From assembly GCA_977017575.1 (NCBI GenBank), contig CDRNVI010000012.1, positions 930,001-994,000 of the forward strand: DNA of 64,000 bases, read 5' to 3'. A program made the translations under genes and the position numbers. Origin of the DNA: Paramoeba atlantica. Taxonomy: Eukaryota; Protista; Discosea. The notes beneath the pieces are model-generated. The model saw only the letters and a list, made by a program, of their open reading frames with translations, was not told where the DNA came from and searched no databases. Shown in pieces: positions 54,076 through 64,000 of this stretch. Position 1 is the stretch's first letter. Each line of letters opens with the position of its first letter.

Positions 54076-54528
54076 ATGCTTCTTCGCAGCACGCGCTCTC
54101 TCGTACGCCGGGCTGCTATTTTTATTCCTTTTCGTATTTGTAGTACGTCTAGTTTATCACACATAGCTCCTCGTCTTTCTGTGTCATCCATTATTTCCGC
54201 CACTCCTCGTCGTTGTTATTGCACAGGCAAGGATTCAGAGAATACTGCAGCATCTGAAAAGTCTGATGCAAGTACCCTACTTGACCGTGATATTGTTAAA
54301 CAGCGCGTTATGGACGTAGTAAAAAACTTTGAAAAGGTGGACGCATCAAAGGTATCCGAGAATTCTCATTTTGTTCAAGATTTGGGACTTGACTCCCTAG
54401 ATGTGGTGGAAGTTGTAATGGCGTTGGAGCAAGAATTCGTGGTGGACATTCCAGACAACGACGCAGAGAAAATACAAAGTATTGAAGAAGCGATCGACTA
54501 TATTGCGGCGAATCCCTCTGCAAAGTAA
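54076..54528 (+). CDS. ACP: Mitochondrial acyl carrier protein
   Basis: MLLRSTR targeting peptide; HFVQDLGLDSLDVVEVVMALEQEF..DIPD.DAEKI phosphopantetheine site. Confidence 0.96.
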   Translation: MLLRSTRSLVRRAAIFIPFRICSTSSLSHIAPRLSVSSIISATPRRCYCTGKDSENTAASEKSDASTLLDRDIVKQRVMDVVKNFEKVDASKVSENSHFVQDLGLDSLDVVEVVMALEQEFVVDIPDNDAEKIQSIEEAIDYIAANPSAK

Positions 54529-54978
54529 CTTCAAGTTCTACGACGCATGTACAACGTCATTGTAGGTAGAGCGCCCCTTTTTCAAAAGACTACCAGTCTA
54601 TACATGAATATTTTGCGTTGAGTTATTGGGAAAAACTAAGAAAAATTTAATCTGCTTAATCAATGTCATTTCTTTTTACTTTTAAGTCGTCGATCATTCA
54701 GACATTTGACTTTTGGGGGATCTAAAAATACTAGCCATGTGTTTTCGAGTATTATGCTGCAGATGAGACAACGAATACTTTTACTTACTTCTATAGTAAA
54801 AACATCTTGCTTAATGACATCTAGACATCTTATCTTTTTTCGGAAACAACGGATTTTTTGAAACAAATGCACTGACACGGGTGGTATTTTTTGTAGCATT
54901 ACGAATTTTCTTTCATCCTACATACTTCTACATACTTCGATGTTGCACATTATTTAAGGTCCTTTTCTGTCACGAAGC

Positions 54979-56115
54979 ATGAGATCACAAAGCACAAAAA
55001 GACAAGCCCTTGACTACATTCTCGATGAGACCTCAGCTGACCACTTCCATTTCCACCCAAATGCTAAACTACGTTATATTCGCTCCATCTTTCGAGCTAC
55101 AACGCTTCTTGTGGTTCTTGTCTCGTGCATTCAACTTGGGATCGAATCTCTACCACGTTACTATTTAACACTTCGTTCACCTCCCACTTTCTGGTTTAGT
55201 ATTGAGTGTTTTTGTGTCGCCTACTTAACCATAGAATATCTCACTCGTTGGTGGGCCCACCTCGGAAATCGAGTACGATTTCCTCTTCAATTTCTCAACA
55301 TCCTTGATTTACTCGCAGTGATCCCGTTCTACATCGAAAGAATCCTTGATGCCTGCGGTGGCATCCCCACATATCACCTCATGGACTTACGTGTGCTGCG
55401 GTTGTTTCGTGTCACCCGCGCCGTGCGCTTCTTCCCTGGGGGATCACTTGTGCTCCGCGCGTTCACAGACACTGCCCCCACACTCGGGAGCTGTCTGGTT
55501 GCATTCGTTCTGCTTCTATTTTTCTGGTCCTCGTTGCTTTATACCGTAGAGCGCGCGCACAGTCGGTTTGATCCCGGACGCTCTCTGTGGGTACGTCCTC
55601 GATACAAAGGGCTGGTGCTCGCCGAGGAGGTCTCACCGTTTCAATCCGTCTACCACACCCTGTGGTGGGCAGCTACCTCGATGTGTACAGTGGGGTATGG
55701 CGACGCCGTCCCCCTGAGTGCGATGGGAAAAATCATCGCCACACTCACTATGCTGTCCGGGATTTTTATGCTAGCTCTGCCAACCTCTGTGGTGGGCTCG
55801 CGGTTCTTACATTTGTACCGAAATTCTCACCGAAAAGCGGAGTTTAATTGTTTGCGTAAGCCAGTGGATCATAGAAAAGTGTGTATTGCCTCTGAACTTG
55901 GGTCCCTAGCAGAGGATGCTCTCCTTACCGACGATGAGTCTCATCGCCTGCATCAAGTGCTGTGGGATAAGAAGTATGAGAGAGCATTGCAACAAATTTA
56001 TCAAGCATCGCTTTTGACGCAAAATTATGATCTTCGTCGACGCCGTTTTGTAGAAAATTTACATGGTCTCCTTGCTCATGACCACCAGGGTTGTGCATGT
56101 TATGGTTACATTTAA
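54979..56115 (+). CDS. Voltage-gated potassium channel alpha subunit
   Basis: S3 NILDLLAVIPFY, S4 DLRVLRLFRVTR, pore WWAATSMCTVGYGD, S6 LALPTSVV. Confidence 0.92.
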   Translation: MRSQSTKRQALDYILDETSADHFHFHPNAKLRYIRSIFRATTLLVVLVSCIQLGIESLPRYYLTLRSPPTFWFSIECFCVAYLTIEYLTRWWAHLGNRVRFPLQFLNILDLLAVIPFYIERILDACGGIPTYHLMDLRVLRLFRVTRAVRFFPGGSLVLRAFTDTAPTLGSCLVAFVLLLFFWSSLLYTVERAHSRFDPGRSLWVRPRYKGLVLAEEVSPFQSVYHTLWWAATSMCTVGYGDAVPLSAMGKIIATLTMLSGIFMLALPTSVVGSRFLHLYRNSHRKAEFNCLRKPVDHRKVCIASELGSLAEDALLTDDESHRLHQVLWDKKYERALQQIYQASLLTQNYDLRRRRFVENLHGLLAHDHQGCACYGYI

Positions 56116-56519
56116 ATCATCTAAAGAAGTGTTGTAGAATGGTGGCTGAGATCCCAAATTGAATTTAAGATTCCTACGTTAGGTGACGCGCACTCATAAG
56201 GATGACCCCGTCGGATGTTTTCGTCATTTTGTGATGAACGTGCGGGCAACCATTCAAAGAGGCCATGCACCGATGGTGCAGGTCGCCGTCCAGGGATGGT
56301 GGTCTAATGGGATTGGATAATTTGTGTCTGAGTAGGAAAAAAGGTCCGAAATCTACGAGAATCATTTAAGGATGACCAATTTGTTTCCTCTTTTCGACCT
56401 CCCCGAAAAACAATATTAAGTAAGGGAAATAAACAATAAGTGGGAAAAGAGTCTAAGGAAAAGTTGAAACGTTTTCTAGCTTGCTTCTTTATGAAGTATG
56501 TAATCATATAGAGTAGTTT

Positions 56520-56846
56520 TAAACCACTGTCCAGCTTACCCCCCCCCCGGTAGATTACGAAGGTATAGGTATATTAAAAAATCTAAAGAATCCACAAAAA
56601 CGCCTAAAAAACATTTCTCCCCAAAATGCGTTTAAAAATTCTTTGAAAAGTCCTGTTTAGGGACTGAAAATGTAAAAAAAAGTACTTTATCTTCTGTAAA
56701 TGCTCTTTTGCGCCAGGCCTTTTCTGAACCTTGTGTTGTGAAAGCCTTGTGTTGGAGGGGGGGTATATTAAAGCAGAGTGGACACTGTAATATACCTCCC
56801 CGGTATATTATGGGGGTATAGGTATGGTAAACTGGACAGTGGTTTA
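56520..56846. mobile_element. MITE-like element (~325 bp)
   Basis: TAAACCACTGTCCAG(C/T)TTACC inverted repeat, 21 bp with one mismatch, TA at both outer ends; shares TATACCTCCCCGGTATAT with ~44045-44062 (reverse strand). Confidence 0.65.
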
Positions 56847-56952
56847 TTGTAGAGAGAAATATAGGGGCGATACCGCGTTTGAAATGCATTTATCCAGATA
56901 CAACAGTAAAGTACAATTGAACGCTTGATAAAGTACAATTGAACGCTTCGAT

Positions 56953-57483
56953 ATGGACGGCGAAACCTTCACAACCAAGTTGGCCAAAGCCCTTCGCCTT
57001 GGTACAGACGAACCGTTTGCAACAATACACGCGAAGGACCCGATGCATGGCGACTTGTCGACAACTGCTATTGATAGCTATATCGAAATTAAGCAAATCA
57101 TGAGTTTGCTCAATTTTGGTGAGAAAGCTTATCTTGCGTACGATCTTGTGGCTCAATTTATAAGTTTGAATACATGTGAAGAGCTTCACGAAAAGTTCCG
57201 CGAACAAAAAAGCATTGTTTATGCAAAGTCACGCAATCTAGAGTCACGTAACACGTCGTCTGACTCATTTCGCTCTGAATTATGTCTAAATACTCTTTCC
57301 AAGGTCATCCAGCAAATGAGCTCTCTCAGCTCGGAAGATTGTAGAGGTACATCCCGTCTCATCGCTTGTTCCTTCCTACGCGGGCGTGTTCGATCGTATC
57401 TTGCGGAGAGAAAGGATTGTACTTCGTCAGATGTAGATGAATGGTACGCTGCGCAACGTATCATCCGAAGGTCATTGCGATGA
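56953..57483 (+). CDS. Hypothetical protein, paralogue A
   Basis: Shares GEKAYLAYDLV and FRSELC...AC..LR.RV..Y with 58140-58703. Confidence 0.7.
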   Translation: MDGETFTTKLAKALRLGTDEPFATIHAKDPMHGDLSTTAIDSYIEIKQIMSLLNFGEKAYLAYDLVAQFISLNTCEELHEKFREQKSIVYAKSRNLESRNTSSDSFRSELCLNTLSKVIQQMSSLSSEDCRGTSRLIACSFLRGRVRSYLAERKDCTSSDVDEWYAAQRIIRRSLR

Positions 57484-58139
57484 AATTATAAATCAAAATG
57501 TTTTTAGAATCCATACAAATATAATTAACAAGATCAAAAAGTGATGTGATACGACGGCATTAAGATTGATAGCGCAAAGTCCACCCACCTCAATTCTTCA
57601 ACGGAGGCCAAGCTGTAACAAGTGAAAAACAAATGGGAAGATCTCTTTTCTGTTTTTTAAGTCGTTATTTAAGGTGTCTATATTTCCGAAAATTGTAAGT
57701 CTATTTACAGTATTCAGATTCTTGCTCCCGAAGTTAGTATGCGATACTGAAAATACAAAGTGCTACTCTTGCCACTACATCATGCGTTTATACATCTTAC
57801 TTTACTTACTCCTTTACTATCTGTGCTATCTCATCTAAAATAGGAGGTAGCCAAAATATAAAGTATCCAGGTAGTATTAAAATACATACATGTACATTTG
57901 ATTCGAATCCCTTGCTTCATAAATTATATTTATTGTCTGTAGAGACTTCCCCCCGGTCGCGACATTGATTACAAAAAAGAGTTTGCATAATAGTGACCAT
58001 AAAATTGGAAAAAAATCAAGTATTTTCTCAAAATAATTTTTAATGCATTTCTTAGAAATGCATCGTAGAAATTCTACAAGCATTTTTTATAGCATTTTCA
58101 AGCATTCCACCAAACTCATCAGATACATCGCTCCGTAAT

Positions 58140-58703
58140 ATGGATTTTTCGCTGGCTGGTGACGACCCAAATTCTAATGATGATGCTTTTCTGGAATTCC
58201 AAACGAAGCACTCATTGAAAAGAATGGAAAAACTTGAAGGCATTTACTCTGATACGGAGGAAGGTCATGTTCCTACGTGCCACGATTCAGTGAGAGCGGA
58301 GCGTTTAGACCTACCAGAAATTTGTTCTCATTATAAAGTATTATCGCGTTACGCTTCCATTGTTGCTCTTGTTTCCAAGCTTGATCAGGGTGAACGAGCA
58401 TACGTGGCATACGAACTAGTGGGATCTTACGTTGGCGAAGAACATTTACTAGGCCTAAAAGAAGCATCGCCATCAGAATGGAAATCGCAACTGCAAAACC
58501 AAGGAAAAAATTCGAAAAAACCTTTTCGATACGAGTTGTGCAACGAAATTTTGCGTCTCATAAATCGGCGTGTCTCGGATCTCACACCTCGTGAGTGCTT
58601 TTGCGTCAGCTGTCGTGTGGCCTGCTTACTTTTACGAGCCCGTGTCGTTCGGTATTGCCAAAAACATCCAGCGTCTCGCATGAACCCTGACTGGACTTGG
58701 TAA
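58140..58703 (+). CDS. Hypothetical protein, paralogue B
   Basis: GERAYVAYELV and FRYELC...AC..LRARV..Y align to paralogue A. Confidence 0.7.
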   Translation: MDFSLAGDDPNSNDDAFLEFQTKHSLKRMEKLEGIYSDTEEGHVPTCHDSVRAERLDLPEICSHYKVLSRYASIVALVSKLDQGERAYVAYELVGSYVGEEHLLGLKEASPSEWKSQLQNQGKNSKKPFRYELCNEILRLINRRVSDLTPRECFCVSCRVACLLLRARVVRYCQKHPASRMNPDWTW

Positions 58704-59251
58704 ACGCTTGTTCTACAGTGCATATGAAAAAAAAGTAAAAATTCATTACTTGCTCAGTCAATAATTATTTTTTTTTGTTTTAACAGCCTACATCAGAATT
58801 GTTCAAAGATTATATTCTAAATACATGTAATTTGGAAAGGTTAATGCACGGGATTTACAATATCGCGCACTAATCTATTTTGTGTATATCGCAGATAGTA
58901 AGCTTCCTTTATACTTAGAACGTTTTTTTCAAAGGAATTATGCTATTAGGTGCACCTTGCTTCATTATTGTTTTAGATTATCTTAAGAATGTTAAGTGTT
59001 TTATTAAGAATTATGCTTCTTACTGAGCTACTTACTTGAACTAGTTACAGTAAGATTAGCTTGCGTATTCCTTCCTTGCAATGCAAAGTACAAATGAGTA
59101 TGTGTTCAGAAACAAATCTCTCAATTGCAATATTTTTTTATTCCAGTTCATTTGGATATCCTATTTCGGTATCATACCATCATTCATGTATCTGTGCACA
59201 AAGTGTCAAAAGGAAAATTGTTTCTTTTTTATTCTTCACATCACTTTTCTT

Positions 59252-59512
59252 ATGGCTGCTCCTAGCAAAGCGATCAAGAAGGTTGTCAAAAAGATTTCCG
59301 CATCGAAGAAGAGCGTTAAAAAGGTACAGGCCACGCGTGTTGTCAAACCGAAAAAGTCGAGCCCCGCAAAACGTAAGGCAAGTCCGGCCAAAAAATCTAC
59401 TGCTAAGAAAGCCTCTAAAAAGGTCGTGAAGAAGCCTGCGAAATCTGCTGGCAAGCGTTCTTCTAAAAGAAAAGCAAACACCAGCAAAGCGAAGAAGCCC
59501 GCGAAAAAATAA
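59252..59512 (+). CDS. Short histone H1-like protein (copy 1, 86 aa)
   Basis: Lys/Ala/Ser-rich with SPAK motifs and no globular domain, as in kinetoplastid H1. Confidence 0.75.
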   Translation: MAAPSKAIKKVVKKISASKKSVKKVQATRVVKPKKSSPAKRKASPAKKSTAKKASKKVVKKPAKSAGKRSSKRKANTSKAKKPAKK

Positions 59513-60732
59513 AGAAGAATTGATGCATACCTCGTATCTCAGAATATGCGCAACATGTATGTTAATTTGAGCTGCTCTTCTTCACACAGACATAGCATTT
59601 CTTTTCTGGTTATGCCGTGTGAAAAGTCTTTTTTACCAAGCTCCACGAAGCGACATAAGTGTTTTATATCCTGATTGATATATTTATCGTAATCCAATAA
59701 TAGTTCGGAGAAATTTTTATCAAAAAATGTTTATACGGCACAGCGTGTTATAAATTATAATTGCTTAGCATTCCTTCATCACGTTAACCCGCTTCATTTA
59801 ATTTTTTTACTTGCCTTTGACCGGTATTACCATGACAACATCTTTTAAAACTTGTGAGGAACAAACCAGATGGCATGAGTATGGGAAGTGCAACCTTTTT
59901 TTCAAGAAGAATCTCGGGACGAAGATGGCTGAGAAATGTGGATAAGAAATTAGAGCCTGAGTTTCTATGGAACTACACTCAGAATCTTGTGCAAGTTTCG
60001 CGCACCGAGCTGTCGCAGCAGATGTTATAAAACGTGCGAGTGGCAGAAGGGCAGTGATTATACCCCGAGCATTGGCTTTGATCCCCAGAGCTGCCGTTTC
60101 CTCACTCGAAATGGTTTTGAATAATGTTCGGTTTGAGTGTTGAGGCACATTGGTCTTCTGTCGCGTACAGTTCAGTTCTAGGATATAACAGTTGCGGGGC
60201 TACGGGTGTGATCTCGCGTGATCTCCAGTGAACTTGCGTTTTTTCGCGCGATATCGCGTGATCCCGTTTTAGACTCACCCACAGCCCCTCAATTAATGAC
60301 TAAGACGGGTGTTAGTACCTTTAGAAGTTTGTAGATTCGAACCTGTAAAGTGCATTTCAATCGAAAATTTAAATTCGCAGAAAGCAACTCCAAAGCTGAA
60401 GGAATGGTATCAAGTGCCTGAGCCACACGTAACGTTCCATTCATGGGAAGCCTAAAATATTCCTTTGCGTACTAACCCGCCATAAATTAGATGCCATAAA
60501 AGGGGCCAAAATGAACAAACAATATTCATAGGAGTGGAAAGTGTTTTATGAAAGCGAATTAGCTTAAGCAGATCACCTTTTTTATAAAACAATTATACTC
60601 CACCATACTAATTTTATGTTTGCATCGAAAACTTTGTTTTTACTGTGGACGGTCTTCGTTGATATCTATTTTCTAACTAGATTATACTCGAATAAATTCC
60701 AGTTTCAAATCACAAAATTCCCTTTCAATTTT

Positions 60733-61002
60733 ATGTCTGCGTCAGCAAAAGTCTCCAAAAAAGTGATTAAGGTCTCATCGACTAAGAAAGGGGTAAAGAA
60801 AGTAACTAAAACTCTGGAAAAACGAAGTGTAAAATCTAAGAAAGCTAACCCTGCGAAAAAAATGACCAAGAAAAACACCAAGAAAACGGCGAAAAAAAAC
60901 ATATCAAAGAAACCGCTCGTAAAAAAATCTAGCAAGAAATCTCCTGCAAAAAGAAAGTCTTCTTCCAAAGTAAGCAAGTCTAAGGTTTCTAGAAAAGTAT
61001 AA
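60733..61002 (+). CDS. Short histone H1-like protein (copy 2, 89 aa)
   Basis: SSTKKGVKK and KSPAKRK motifs; lysine-rich. Confidence 0.75.
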   Translation: MSASAKVSKKVIKVSSTKKGVKKVTKTLEKRSVKSKKANPAKKMTKKNTKKTAKKNISKKPLVKKSSKKSPAKRKSSSKVSKSKVSRKV

Positions 61003-61337
61003 GGCACCTAAGGTTTTCTAAAAAAATAACTTGAAACATAGGCGCAGTTATTAATATCTGTCGAAAATCTACGAAAACCGAACGCCTTTCATTCTTCTGT
61101 TGTTTTGTTTTTGTTATACCAAAATCTCGTAAATAACGATACGCCATTTTCTAGTATGAAACGACATATATTATTTCTTGCTGCGCTTAATCGTGTTTCC
61201 TGTCTCTTCCTCAACCTTATTGTACTATTTGTAGGAGACTGAACATCATGAAAAGTAAGGCGATACTTGCTCTCGCATATTGTACTTCTATTTTTCCTTC
61301 TTAGTATATTTTTTCTCTTGTTCTGTTTTACTACACA

Positions 61338-61586
61338 ATGGCTGCACCTGCTAAGTCTGTCCAGAAGAACGCCAAGAAGGCCGTCTCATCCAAGAAAGGG
61401 GTAAAAAAAGTAAAAAAGACGCAGACCAAACGTGCTGCACAACCCAAGCGAAAGGCTAGTCCTATCAAGAAAGGCGTAAAAAAGGTAGCTAAAAATATCA
61501 TAAAAAAGTCTGTAGCAAAGAAAACTACTAAGAAGAGTCCTGCAAAGCGCAAGGCAAGTCCCAAAACAAGGCCTTCTAAGAAATAG
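61338..61586 (+). CDS. Short histone H1-like protein (copy 3, 82 aa)
   Basis: SSKKGVKK, KRKASP twice; pyrimidine tract and AG upstream. Confidence 0.78.
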   Translation: MAAPAKSVQKNAKKAVSSKKGVKKVKKTQTKRAAQPKRKASPIKKGVKKVAKNIIKKSVAKKTTKKSPAKRKASPKTRPSKK

Positions 61587-61896
61587 ATCTCAGAGCAGTT
61601 GGCAGTAGTGTCTCGGGCCTATACATGCTGATTATCATTCGGAATTGGCTACCATTCTAGCGCTAATGTTTCATTTGATACGCATATTGAAATGGCATTT
61701 TGAGCGTACGGCGTACGCTTTCTTGTCTTTTCGATTAAAGGCATTATGTTCTGATTGACACATTATTGATACATCTTGTCTAAAAGCAAAATAAAATTTC
61801 TTGCCTACTGATAATTTAAGTAGTGTCAGTATTTAGATTTCATTATACTGGATTTCCAGACTACTTTTAACTACGTTTACTCCTTCATTTCTCCTC

Positions 61897-62151
61897 ATGG
61901 CTGTTCCTGCTAAAATTGCCAAAAAGGTGACCAAAAAAGTTTCGTCTTCCAAAAAGGGCGTAAAGAAATCAGCGAAATTACAAGCGAAGCGTTCCGTTAA
62001 ATCAAAGAAGACTGCTCCGAAACGCAAAGCGAGCCCAGCCAAAAAAAATTCTAAGAAGATAGTCAAAAAGGCAAGTAAAAAGAGCATGAAAAAGCCCATT
62101 GCGAAGAAACTTGCCAAAAAATCAGTTGCGAAGAAAGTAAAAAAGGCGTAA
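61897..62151 (+). CDS. Short histone H1-like protein (copy 4, 84 aa)
   Basis: SSSKKGVKK, KRKASPAKK. Confidence 0.78.
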   Translation: MAVPAKIAKKVTKKVSSSKKGVKKSAKLQAKRSVKSKKTAPKRKASPAKKNSKKIVKKASKKSMKKPIAKKLAKKSVAKKVKKA

Positions 62152-62460
62152 ACGCTCGATGCCAAGTACCGTTGTGCAAACAGACACGAAGTTGTAGGCT
62201 GATGTCTATACTGTAGTCCACGTCGATGCTTTGTTGTATTACATTCCCCAACTACGAAGCGTTTTCGGCATCTGCGCCGAAGATTTGACCTGTTTTTATA
62301 GTGTAACCGAACAGTCATTTCATTTTGTGTCATACTGCATAGAAAAAAATATCAATAGAACAAAGTTTTCTATTTGAAGCTTTTTCAGTGCATCGATTTG
62401 AAGGAAATCATTCACTATTTTTAATTAAAGATTGCTTTCCTAATCGTTTTCTCTTTTTCG

Positions 62461-63474
62461 ATGAAAAAGTTGTTCCAACTGTGGCTTACGCCTACGTCCG
62501 TCCTACCACTCCCCGGTCTCTACATATTTCGCGAAGCATTTTCTCCACAGAATGTCCCCAGTTGTTTACCTCCTTCAGAAGCGGCCGCGCGGTACGTCAG
62601 CGGTTCGTTGCTTCAGTCATCCTCACCTGAGACCTTAATGATACAGCTCATGCGAGAGAACTTCTTACCATATCTTATTCAGCGCATTCGTAGCTTCCCC
62701 TCCGACAATATACCCTCCGAGACGGAAGCTTCTCCCGTAGCCCAATACGCATCCCAGTTATACGCCCTGGAAACCATATCTGCACTGCGTCACAACTTAT
62801 CCAAAGAAGACACGTTCCGCTCGGTCTTACAATGGTTTCAGTACCGTCAGGCGTTTCGATCCTCGGTACATCTAATCCGGGACAGTCGATGTTTACATCA
62901 AGCGAGTCCCGAGATTTCGTATTTTGATTTCATCAAAGACATGGGTTCGTTGTGTGCGAAAACAACCGACCTGGACTCAACTTGTGTGAACGTTCTTGGT
63001 CTCACGGGAAAGGGGTTGGCAAACACTAGTCATCGAGACACCGCGGTGGGATGGGATCAGATGGGTCAATTCCTGTCTCGTAAACTCTCTCCTGAGATTT
63101 CCATGATTACACAAACCGCAAAAGACCTGCAGGCGCAGCAAAACAAAATGACACAGAAAAGTTTTGTTTGGTGCTTCCTGCGATTGTGGTGTTGTGTGGC
63201 GGTGGCCTGGCGTGGATCTTCCAGCATCGATGACCTGCAAAGTGTCTTCGCGTCCCACCAGTGGGTGTTGACCACACACTACATCACACGGACGTGTGAG
63301 GAGGTGAGGGGGAGGTTGAGCTCGGAGAAGGCGCTGTCCGAGACCCGCACGGGTTCTCCCTTGACGCAGGATGTCATGCACAAGTTGTTGTGTCGTACCC
63401 CGTTGGATGTGCCTCCGCCAGCGACGATACCGATCCCAGCGAAGCGTTTGCTTCCGACGGAGGAAGGAGTCTAG
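62461..63474 (+). CDS. Hypothetical protein (337 aa)
   Basis: Long + strand ORF; no motif recognised. Confidence 0.6.
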   Translation: MKKLFQLWLTPTSVLPLPGLYIFREAFSPQNVPSCLPPSEAAARYVSGSLLQSSSPETLMIQLMRENFLPYLIQRIRSFPSDNIPSETEASPVAQYASQLYALETISALRHNLSKEDTFRSVLQWFQYRQAFRSSVHLIRDSRCLHQASPEISYFDFIKDMGSLCAKTTDLDSTCVNVLGLTGKGLANTSHRDTAVGWDQMGQFLSRKLSPEISMITQTAKDLQAQQNKMTQKSFVWCFLRLWCCVAVAWRGSSSIDDLQSVFASHQWVLTTHYITRTCEEVRGRLSSEKALSETRTGSPLTQDVMHKLLCRTPLDVPPPATIPIPAKRLLPTEEGV

Positions 63475-63735
63475 GGAAGTTGTGTAAAATCGTGTAGTAT
63501 AGAAAATAGGCTTAAAAAATCTACATTACTCGAAATTTTTCTCGCTGTTTCGTTGAATTTAGTTGTTGGAAATTTATTGCACATGTTTAGATCAAGCATT
63601 CTCGACGGATGAGACTCAAAAAATGGTAGTATATTTTTGAAGGTACGCACGAATCGTAAAGCGTTTGCATGTTCTTGCAGTCTACTTTTTTATACACCCT
63701 TTTTTTATATTACATAGACTTCAATCCGTGCAGCG

Positions 63736-63939
63736 ATGCTGTTCATTGGAACACTCGTTTTTATTTTCATTGGGACTGCACTGGCTGCAACGCTACACTT
63801 GTGGGCATCGGAACGCACTCGCCTTTTAAGGATCCTCATCCCCCTAGGACTTTTTTGTATGTGGCTATCCTACGCAATAATTTATGTGGCCCAGATTCAT
63901 CCGTTAATTATCCCGACGCGCATCAGGCAGTCTCATTAA
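63736..63939 (+). CDS. VMA9: V-type H+-ATPase subunit e
   Basis: Two TM helices and FCMWLSYAIIYVAQIHPLIIP, matching the CC/MWL.WAI.YLAQL.PLI.P pattern. Confidence 0.82.
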   Translation: MLFIGTLVFIFIGTALAATLHLWASERTRLLRILIPLGLFCMWLSYAIIYVAQIHPLIIPTRIRQSH

Positions 63940-64000
63940 TGTTATGACTATTATAGTCTTAAGTCCTGTATATTACCACGTTGAGTCTGATGAAGCGTAG

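Noticed and set aside
59807-60148. 113-aa minus-strand ORF between H1 copies
   Set aside because: Against cluster orientation, non-ATG start and no motif.
60325-60350. B-box/T-loop-like GGTTCGAATC on the minus strand (similar at ~57900)
   Set aside because: Flanks do not form a T-stem or cloverleaf; no tRNA could be supported anywhere in the window.

Overview
Gene-dense, intron-less eukaryotic nuclear DNA. All ~40 credible host genes lie on the + strand across the full 64 kb, several with polypyrimidine/AG stretches ahead of the start codon. This looks like one kinetoplastid polycistronic gene cluster; the short LRR family and compact genes suggest a Perkinsela-like prokinetoplastid (inference, not verified). 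Recognisable genes: mitochondrial uL2m, RBX1, PIG-O, PTPA, REV3, RPS24, DPH5, U5-40K-like WD40, NOM1/SGD1-like, RPL7A, a CCCH protein, RAD23, mitochondrial ACP, a voltage-gated K+ channel, four short histone-H1-like genes, V-ATPase subunit e and four dispersed LRR paralogues. Intergenic islands are packed with DNA-transposon material: a Merlin element with 27-bp TIRs and an 8-bp TSD, two Tc1-like transposase remnants (one with unusual DD53E spacing), a modular family of TA-flanked MITEs, and long palindromes sharing a 27-bp core. The most striking unexplained signal is a recurring 0.7-1.3 kb GC-rich island in which the + strand is extremely C-rich and then flips to extremely G-rich. There are four strong examples and several weak ones. 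They run across gene boundaries and distort the encoded proteins, pointing to a localized strand-asymmetric DNA process.
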